64,000 nt of DNA, from the NCBI RefSeq assembly GCF_009914755.1, contig NC_060926.1; one strand, 5' to 3'. This DNA is from the human T2T-CHM13v2.0 reference genome, Homo sapiens. Both the position numbers and the translations under genes were made by a program. Numbering within the stretch: the first letter of the stretch is position 1; every line of letters starts with the position of its first letter. Below, in pieces: positions 55,456 through 64,000 of the stretch. Under the pieces are notes generated by a model. It had not been told where the DNA came from and made no database searches. It saw only the letters and a program-made list of their open reading frames with translations.

Positions 55456-56229
55456 TTTATAAAAGGTTATAAAAGCTTTTTATTTCTTTAAAATTTCTCA
55501 GTCACTATTTTGGCAAAGTAATTAATATGGTAATCTGGAATTCCAAAACCAAACTTCAGTTTCAAAATTATTTTTCCTAATGTCTGGCTTTCTGGATGGG
55601 TCAGAGGGCCCCTGAAAACATCCAGAAAAGAGTTAAACAATTATTTGACTTGTTTAGTTAAATAGGATTACCAAAATGATGTTCAATCTTCTTTAGGTTA
55701 TATTTTTGTAAGTAATACTAATATATGTTCCAAAATTGTATAGGATTTCTAAAATTCTAATGTCTGAGTAATGAGCCATCAATTATTTTTAACATTTAAC
55801 ATGGTTATCATGCTAACCATTTTAACCATTTAACATGGTTATATTCTAAACCACAGAAATAACCAAATTTTCTTGTATAAAGCTACTAACCCAAGTAAAA
55901 CAAAAGTTAATTAAATATCAAGAAAATACTTTCATGCTAAACCAGGTAATACTGAAATTGTTTAAAATAGTTTATATCCAATGCTTGATCTCATATTCTT
56001 GGGAAAACAATTAAAGCTTCAGACATATTTGGTCAATAGCTCCACCATTTAAACATTTTATAAAGGGATTTCATGTAATTGTCACTTTCAATGCATGTTT
56101 TCTGGTTGTATAAAAGCTTTCCCATGCAAGAGGGCTGATGTGATAAGAGTAGATTATTATGCTACAGTGTATTTTCACCAGGTTAAAAACAAAACAAAAA
56201 AAAAGCTTATGGTTTGAATCTTGTGGAAA

Positions 56230-56416
56230 CATCAGAGAAAGACTGTCCTTGCCATCCGCACTACAACAAAACTTCAGGACCTTGAAATTTGAGTTCATAA
56301 TCTCACAACTGAGAAAGGTCCCTCCATGCCCTTGGAGCTGTGCACCCATTGGAAACCTTAAGGTAAAACTAACCAGGGAAATTTCCCCCAAGAAGAGAAT
56401 GGCATTCTTGAAATGA
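56230..56416 (+). pseudogene. Decayed retroviral integrase C-terminus
   Basis: Frameshifted peptides ...TTTKLQDLEI*VH / ISQLRKVPPCPWSCAPIGNLKVKLTRE resemble the gamma-like pol end (TAAKLxGxxxWIHxSxLKxAP...W...DLKLxLxR). Confidence 0.6.
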
Positions 56417-56699
56417 ACAGCGTTTCCCAAGTTCACAAATTAAGACTTCTATTTTCATGAAACTCTTACCTTTGAATATTGTTTCTTGCTTATGCCTCTA
56501 AGAACATTAGAAGTGGAAAAGGGGTCTGCTATGTGCACTAATGGGGTATACTTTTATTTATTAAGGAGTTTGCAGCTGGCCTTATATATAGCTAATCTTA
56601 TACTTTGATATAAAAGATGAAGGCCCAACGCAGGTAAGAAACTTTAATGGTACACATGTTGCCTCATAATCAGTCAAAAACAAAGCATTGGTTTACTTC

Positions 56700-57300
56700 C
56701 CTTAATCCACATCATGGATTAAAGAGAACATTGCCAAAAGGCCTTCACTCTTCTAAAAGGGCGTCATTTGTTAGGTCCATTTTCCATGGTTTAAAATTAA
56801 GCAATGATTAGAAATGTATCCCTTATGATAGGCTCTATAGCAAATTATATTGCAAAGTTACAATATAATTACACAACAGACTTTAAATTCTCTTGTGAAA
56901 GTTATGATAAATAATAGAATTGGCTGAACAGAGAAGTAACTGTGCAGCTGCTGGCACTTGTGGCCTATGGAGAAATACATCAAATGAAGATTATAGAAAT
57001 TCCGTTGTAGGGGATTAACAAGGAGACTGCTTAGTTAAATGAGTAAACTCTATCTAGCTCATTCTTTGTTCTATTTGATTCTAGGAGGTTTAGTTTATGG
57101 GGTGTAAGGAGCATACTCCAAACTCTTGGTATTATTCTCCCAATAGTCAAAACAATAGTCTACCTGGTGCACTGTATTATCTCAAATGTTTTAAATGCTT
57201 GCATGCAGCCATCTCTAGAATGTCATAGGTCTCTCTTCAACTGGAAGAACAGGAGCTGAAAGAAATGTGCAACCATGAGGACTCTGTAACCTATACATGA
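56700..57300 (+). pseudogene. Decayed env SU/TM junction and TM ectodomain
   Basis: HHGLKR|TLP (degenerate furin site), FVRS.FPWF (fusion-peptide-like), MIRNVSL, QQTLNSLVKVMINNRI (start of the immunosuppressive domain, cf. SLAxVVLxNRxALD) and CAAAGTCGLWRNTS (decayed CX6CC...WINTS). Stops and frameshifts are present. Confidence 0.7.
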
Positions 57301-57599
57301 GGCACTGAGGCCAGACACCAAAAATGATGATGATAACTGTTAGTGGTGCTAAGGCCCTAAGTTTTGGTCACACTCTCACCTAAGTGAGAACCTGACCAAA
57401 AAGCCAGATTTTTTAAACAAAATTCTGGGAGGCCATTGTTTTGGACTAAGCTCATGCACTAGGCCCCAACAAACCAAGCCAAACCAAAATAGAGTCACTT
57501 GTGCTAAGACTTTAAGGAAACACATAGATTCTAGAACAAATCAGGTTTTGTTTTTTCTCCTGCAAATCTCTGTAACAAACATTTATGACAGCATAGGTA

Positions 57600-57769
57600 T
57601 CCACCCACTGAAATCCCCATTAAATCTTTTAACCAAACTCACTTCCTTTCGCCTAGAGACCATCAAGCTTCAGATGATCATGCAACAAAGGTTCCAGCCA
57701 GTTGCAGGTGAAGACACCACCTCCAGCAGTAAAGAAGCTACCCCACCTCCACTAGACAGAGCAGAGTGA
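57600..57769 (+). pseudogene. Second env remnant: TM cytoplasmic tail
   Basis: ORF 57548..57769 contains LNLLTKLTSFRLETIKLQMIMQQ...PPLDRAE*, compared with the HERV-W-type tail FNLLVNFVSSRIEAVKLQM...RPLDRP. Confidence 0.7.
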
Positions 57770-57884
57770 GTTCCGTGATCCCCAGTAGTTAGGGACTATG
57801 CCCCAAGCTAGCAAGAAGCAGTTACAGAAAAAAGACCATCAGTCCATCTGTCTCCCAGAAAGATTTATGGGGATCACATCTCTC

Positions 57885-57894
57885 GGGGGAGAGA
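57885..57894 (+). other. Polypurine tract
   Basis: GGGGGAGAGA immediately before the 3' LTR. Confidence 0.8.
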
Positions 57895-58251
57895 CGAGGC
57901 AGGAAAATAGGGTCTGGAAGCAGGGAACGTAAGGCCAATTCACACTTTAGCTATAACAGAAAATATCCTCTCCATAGGGTGTACGCCATAAATGAATTTG
58001 TAACTTTACTTCGTCTTCTCCATTTACATAGGATGTACCCAAAGTAATGAATGGAATCCTCTAGGGGGTATTTAAACTCCCCAAAATTCTTGAATGGTGC
58101 CTTTGAGCCCATTTGCTCAGGCCTGCTCCCACACTGTGGAGTCTACTTTCATTTTCATTGAAACCCTTCATTCCTTCCTTGCTTTGTTTGTGCATTTTGT
58201 CCAATTCTTTGTTCAGGACGCCAAGAACCTGGACACTTTCTACCAATAACA
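57895..58251 (+). mobile_element. MER61 (MER61A-like) 3' LTR
   Basis: CGAGGCAGGAAAATAGGGTCTGG...CCAATAACA, a direct repeat of 50777-51128 (14 mismatches in the first 110 aligned nt by hand count). Confidence 0.9.
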
Positions 58252-58611
58252 AAATCAAAAACAATGCCATTATTAATCCAACAAAAACAAAGTAATTCTG
58301 AAAGAGTATTATTCTTCACTTAGAAACGTACAACATACATTGCCAGAAAATGCAAATGTTGACTTGCTTTAACCCCAAGTTAATTCAATTGAAAAAATAA
58401 TAAAGGAAAATAGTGCAACTATCAAAAGGTAAATTTGATTAGTTATTTTTAATTTGACAAGTTGTACATTCATTATTTAATAATATAGAAGTGAAGTTTA
58501 TAATTAAGAGCCAAATGAGCAGAGCTGAAAATTAGAGAGAGGTGGGGCAAATAATGTTCTTTTTTCAACATAAACTTTTAAGTACTATTTGAGTTACTTT
58601 GATAAATTGGT

Positions 58612-59200
58612 TATATATATATGTATACATATATGTATATATGTGTATATATGTATACATATATGTATACATGTGTATATATGTATACATATATGTATAC
58701 ATGTGTATATATGTATACATATATGTATACATGTGTATATATGTATACATATATGTATACATGTGTATATATGTATACATATATGTATACATGTGTATAT
58801 ATGTATACATATATGTATACATGTGTATATATGTATACATATATGTATACATGTGTATACATATATGTATATATGTGTATACATATATGTATATATGTGT
58901 ATATATGTATACATATATGTATATAAGTGTATATATGTGTATATGTATATAAGTGTATATATGTGTATATGTATATAAGTGTATATATGTGTATATATGT
59001 ATACATATATGTATATATGTGTATATTGTATATGTATATAAGTGTATATATGTGTATATATGTATACATATATATGTGTATATATGTATACATATATGTA
59101 TATATGTGTATATATGTATACATATATGTAAATATGTGTATATATGTGTATATGTATATAAGTGTATATATGTGTATATATGTACATATGTATACATATA
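58612..59200. repeat. Alternating purine/pyrimidine minisatellite (30-bp unit, then degenerate TATATG/TACA units)
   Basis: ATGTATACATATATGTATACATGTGTATAT occurs six times perfectly at 58651-58830, with one-mismatch copies on each side, then variant units with AAGTGT interruptions. Confidence 0.95.
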
Positions 59201-60073
59201 TTTAAAGTGATTAATATCAAATATATATATCTGTATCCAAATATAACTATATGTAATTTTGTACATATATATGTGGACACATATGCACAGGTTCATACAC
59301 ATAAACACATATACAGAAACACACATGTTTACAAACATACACCAATGCTGAAAGGTATATACTTTTCACTGTTGGAATTGTTATTTATGATGGTTTTGTT
59401 TCTATAACACCCAGCCAGGCTGGCAGCTGCTGTTTGAATTTGCAGAAGTGAAAGTTCATCATGATATGGATCTTCTTTGTGCTGCCCTCAGTCATTTGTG
59501 TGGCCCTTTTAGTTATGCAAATATGGGGCAAGTAAAAACTCATTGTCCTGAGATTAGGATATAACAAAACTTTTTTTTTTTTTTCTCATGTGATTTAGCA
59601 AGAAACACCCCTATGCAGAGCTCAGAGTTAGATAGAGACTGAATCTATTTGCATAGTAACTCTCGAGACATTCTTGTCCAGGGACCAAGCAAGAAATTGC
59701 AAGTCTCAAATAAAAGTTTTGTTGATGAGAAGAAAAATCTAGACAAGTTATTTACCCTTAATATCCTAAGAGTTTGTTGGTTGGAACTGATTTTGGCCCT
59801 GTTTATGGCTAATGCTAGAAGCTCTTCCAGATTACTGGCCCACGGGTAACAATGTTAGAACTTAAAAAAAGAGTTAGCTAAAATGAACTATTAATATAAC
59901 CTTGGTGCTCAGCTTGAAATCATAATTGGGAGTTCCAAATTGTGAAACAATGTTATACCAGCAGTGTTAACAAATGCCACCCATTGATGTGTGCAGAATG
60001 AATCTCCAAAAGCTCCCTTGTGTGGCTGCAAGAAATAACAGCAGCGGTGAACCAATTAAGATTCTACTTCTTG

Positions 60074-60400
60074 GGCTAGGAACAGTGGCTCACACCTGTA
60101 ATCCCAGCACTTTGGGAGGCAAAGCCAGGAAGATCACTTGAGGCCAGGAGTTCGAGACCAGCCTGGCAAACATGAAGAAAACCTGTCTCTACTAAAAATA
60201 CAAAAAAATTAGCCGAGTGTGGTGGCGGGCACCTGTAATCCTAGTTATTGAGGAGGCTAAGGCACAAGATTCAGTTGAACCTGGGAGGTGGATGTTGCGG
60301 CAAGGCAAGATAGCGCCAATGCAGTCCAGCCTGGGCAACAGAGTGAGACTCTGCCTCAAAAAAAAAAAAAAGAAAGAAAGAAAAAGAAAAAAGGAAGAAG
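60074..60400 (+). mobile_element. AluS (Sz-like) with a 13-bp TSD
   Basis: GGCTAGGAACAGTGGCTCACACCTGTAATCCCAGC start and an A/GAAA tail. TSD AGATTCTACTTCT at 60059-60071 and 60403-60415. Confidence 0.93.
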
Positions 60401-60849
60401 ATAGATTCTACTTCTCTCAGTCTGGCAATCAGAAAAGAGAAAAAAATTCTTTCCCTCTACCATGAATAACTGATAGGGTCTTTGCTCAACTTGAGGTGGT
60501 AGAGAGGCCTCAAGAAAACGATTGTGAAATTTCTGCTAACAGGCATTGTGGGAATAGAAGTTAACAGAAACAAATGAAAATTAATTGAAAAAATAAATGA
60601 TATGAGTGCATGTGTAATTTGATAGGGTAGATTCCATTATTTACATATATGAAAACGTATAGTCATTCATTCCTTTGTTCTTTATGTCAATTTATCCTAT
60701 ATAGCTACCACTTTAGCAACTCAAGTATATAGACATTCCATGGATATTGTTCTTGTTCCAAGTCATAAATTTCTGAAATGTCTTCCTTAATACCACTGAC
60801 TCTCCTTTCTTCTAATGACAATAGTCAATCTTGGATCCTCTTTCTAACT

Positions 60850-61063
60850 CAGAGTCAGCAATTTTTTTCTATAAAGGGTCAAATAGTAAACATTTTATGC
60901 TTTTTATCTATAAGGTGTCCGTTGCAACCACTCAACCTTCCATTTTAGCAGAAAAACAGCCATAGATAATTGTAAATAACTAGGCATAGCTGTGTTCCAA
61001 GGAAATTTTAATTAAAAAACAGATGTCTGGTCACATCAGATTTGGCCTGTGAACCGCTGTTTG
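60850..61063 (+). mobile_element. MER58A-like hAT-Charlie DNA transposon
   Basis: cagagtcagcaatttttttctataaagggtcaaatagtaaacatttt...gcagaaaaacagccatagataat...gctgtgttccaa...gatttggcctgtgaaccgctgtttg. Confidence 0.8.
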
Positions 61064-61079
61064 TAAGACGTAAAAGGCT

Positions 61080-61240
61080 CATAGGAAATTTTCTTCCAAG
61101 CCTGGAAGGAGCATATCTTACTGTCACCCATATACCACTGGCCAGAAATCCCAATTGCAGGAGAAACTGAGAAATGTACTCTTCTCGTGTGTCCCAAAGT
61201 AGGAAACAGGATTAGAGGGCATCCAGCCAGTCACTGCCAC
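61080..61240 (-). mobile_element. MLT1 (J/K-like) LTR 5' fragment
   Basis: ccactggccagaa...attgcaggagaaactgagaaatgtactc...gtgtcccaaag...cagccagtcactgccac. Confidence 0.55.
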
Positions 61241-61415
61241 TAAATTTAGTTGAAACTGCTTATCTACAGTGTCATTATTTCTAAAGATAATTTGGGGACC
61301 TATAACTATTTGAAATTTGTAATAACCTCTGGTGTTTGTGGACATAATTTTTTGTTTTATTCAACAGAAATTAAACTTAGTATCTTCCTAAGATACAAGC
61401 ATGATATAAAGCACC

Positions 61416-61521
61416 TTTTTTTTTTTTTTTTGAGATGGGTTCTCACTCTGTCACCCAAGTTGGAGTGCAGTGGAACAATTTCAGCTCACTGCAGCCTCTG
61501 TCTCCCAGGTTCAAGAAATCT
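61416..61521 (-). mobile_element. Short Alu 3' fragment (J-like)
   Basis: Poly-T, then gagatgggttctcactctgtcacccaagttggagtgcagtgg...ctcccaggttcaagaaatc, after which homology stops. Confidence 0.85.
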
Positions 61522-63382
61522 GAGTCAACATAAAATAATTTAAACTCAAGACTTCAAAAATATTAAAAAAACAAAACAAATCTATAAGAAAGTTGGAAGT
61601 TTCAAAACAAGATTAGCAAAAAATAGGAAGGTTCTTTATGACTAAGATTTTCTCGGGGAAGATGGGCAGCAAGGATGCTGATTAACACTTCTATTACCAA
61701 CACCAAAGATTCCAAGGTCAAACAAATAATAAAGAAAAGAGAAAGACAACAACAGATAAGAAAATTAAATCTCTGCCTTCTTGTGACCATTATTTTAATA
61801 ATTACTAGAGTATTAATTAAGCTCTTGTGTCTGGGGACCACATTACATAGATTGATAGAAAAGCTTACGTATCATGGGAAAAAAGTTCTAATCCTTAGTT
61901 CACCTTAAACTCTCCTGTATACATCTGGATCCTGCATGTGCTCATTTGGATCAAAAGATGTCGCAGCTTAAAAGAGTGTGTGTTACATCCTGAATAGCAG
62001 CTGTAGATGTCTGAGATCTATTCTAGTTAGGCAGCTTCCCTCAAAAATAAAACATGGGATGAGAGCTTCTCACCACGCACTCATTAAAAGGTAAACTTTC
62101 TTGGGCTGAGAGTCACGTCAATCATCGTTTTCCTGCGAACCCAAAGCTGCCTTTTTCTCTGTTAGAAGCTGTTATCATCTTCAAAGCCATATCAAAACAG
62201 TGTTTGTTCTGTGCTTTGATTTCACCCACATGGTGAATTCAAAGAAGACTTGAGAGTGCAAAGAGACTATTTCAGATGTTTGAGCATTTGTCTCTCCATG
62301 TTTGTAAACGTGATTTAAGTGCCTGATGTCTAATAAAACCCTTTAAATGTAGTGGAATTTTTTTTTATCAAAACATTCCACCTTCTGTGTTTCAAATGTA
62401 TGTATTCCTGAGATCTTCTAATCTTAAATATAAAACCCCTTAAGGTTTGTGTAATGGCAATATAATGGTAATTCACCTCAGAGTTAATTTTCCTTTTTAC
62501 CCTGATGCAGTCCAACACAAACAAAAAAGCTCTTTATGAATGACAATTTCTAAATATCTGGCACAAATAACCAATTTTTCTTTGGGAAAAGAAAAGTCAT
62601 TAGGAACATAATGTTATAAGGTGCATTTTGCACTGAGGATATTTGACACCATTCACCAGAGATAAACAGATGTATGTGATTTACATATGAAAACCTATCA
62701 GATAATGCAAAAATTTGTATGTGAAATGCTTCATTCACTGAATTAGCCTATGGTAATCTCTCATTATATGAAAAAGAAAACGATTACTAAAAATGTCTAA
62801 ATAAATATTAATGTGGTTATATTGTTTTTAAATACATAAAATATTTAAATAGAACAACATGCAGGGAGAATCATTTAAAGGTACAGTTGCTATTTTTACT
62901 TTAAAGAGCAAATAAAGAAGATACAAAATTAAATTTGGTGATGAGCTGAAAAACATGATTTCAAAACATGGTCTCTTGTTGGATCATTTTAAATGATGGG
63001 AAAGAAGAAAAAACTGATAAATGAACATGCTAAACATGAGAAACATTTTATTTCTTGACTGAGTTAAAGCAATTGTGAATATGCTCAAATTTTGATAACA
63101 ATGTTCCTTCTCTGCTGAGGTCAGAATGGTACCAAGTTTTTGGTAGATAGTGATTCTGTCTTTTAAATACATTTTTCCCTTTTCCAGTAGCTAGCAACAT
63201 TTTTACGTGTTTAAAAAAATCAGATAGCACAAAAACTGAAATAGTTTTGAACAAAGCATTTCATTCACAACAAATTCCTCAAAAGAAAAGTACAATTTGC
63301 CAATATGATATCATTTATTATGTCCTAAATGAAGGCATTGCCCTCTAGCTATTTACTAACCATGTAAGTGGTAGAGCAAAGA

Positions 63383-64000
63383 TGACACAGGATTTTTCTC
63401 AGTAACGTTGCCAGCTGGAGACCTCTGACCGGTGACGCCCCTGCCCAGGCAGATGGTGGAACATTTACAACTCTGTCAACCCCATTGCCCCACTCCAGCC
63501 CACGACTCTGGGGCTGTCTTGGCCCTGCTGCTGTTTCCCATCATGTGGGGCAGCTTCCTTCCACTGGTAGAGAGCAGAGGACCACAGTGTTACTGCCCTC
63601 TTTATACCCACATTTGGTGGGTCCCAAACTCTTGTCCCACATCCAAGAAGAATGAAGAAATGCTGACAGTTGAAGGGTGAGGAGGGTGGAGAAGAATTTT
63701 ATTGAGCAACAAAACAGCTCTCAGTGGAGAGGGCATGTGAGGGTAGTCCCCACCTGAAGTTGGGTGGATTCTCTCCCAGTGTGGCTGGATCCAGGGTTTT
63801 TATGGGCTCAGAATGGGGGTGCATGCTGATTGGTTTGTGAGTATGCAAAAAAAAAAAAGCTAAAACAAAAGCACCACTCAAAGGTGGGTACAACAGTGTA
63901 GCAAACCAATTAGGGAAGGATAGGTGTATGTAAAATAGGTGAAGGGTGGGGATCAATCAGAGGAAAACATGCCAAACAGGAAGAGAGGTTCTCAATCTGG
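63383..64000 (-). mobile_element. ERV1 LTR of the LTR1/LTR28/MER52 group, running off the window end
   Basis: The + strand starts TGACACAGGATTTTTCTC (the LTR 3' end on -). TTTATT (AATAAA on -) lies near 63698, TTTTAT (TATA-like on -) near 63800, and ATTGG (CCAAT on -) near 63829. GC-rich LTR text. Confidence 0.75.

Noticed and set aside
58651-58860. Palindromic 30-bp direct repeats resembling a CRISPR array
   Set aside because: The units are contiguous with no unique spacers, there are no cas genes, and the context is primate DNA.
58565-59407. Multiple long ORFs (up to 257 aa) rich in Y/I/H/T/C/M/V on both strands
   Set aside because: These are translations of a stop-free TA/TG/CA minisatellite, not proteins.

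Overview
This is AT-rich, CpG-depleted primate (human-like) genomic DNA from an intergenic region or a large intron. AluJ, AluS and AluY elements, L1, L2, MIR, MaLR and ERV1 sequences are all present. I find no credible protein-coding gene, tRNA, rRNA or CRISPR array; the ORFs in the track come from repeats or are chance ORFs. Layout: (1) 1-12.7 kb is a mosaic of old L1 fragments with a 5'-truncated AluY, an AluS and an unusual tail-to-tail (inverted) MER50 LTR composite. (2) 13-48.7 kb is mostly unique sequence with scattered MIR, L2, Alu and LTR fragments, a strong CTCF motif, several enhancer-like motif clusters and two possible cryptic exons. (3) 50777-58251 is a complete, non-coding MER61-type ERV1 provirus with both LTRs, a 4-bp TSD, a tRNA-Arg PBS and a PPT. 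It carries a nested LTR10 solo LTR, a nested Alu, and decayed integrase and env remnants with a chimeric 3' end. (4) A palindromic 30-bp minisatellite follows, and a partial LTR1/MER52-group LTR runs off the right edge. I cannot support a new biological system here. The best leads are the inverted-LTR composite, the double-env / LTR-swap provirus end and a triple TGATTGACA (PBX-PKNOX/MEIS-type) cluster. Repeat subfamily names come from my recollection of consensus sequences, not from a database search, and boundaries of old repeats are approximate.
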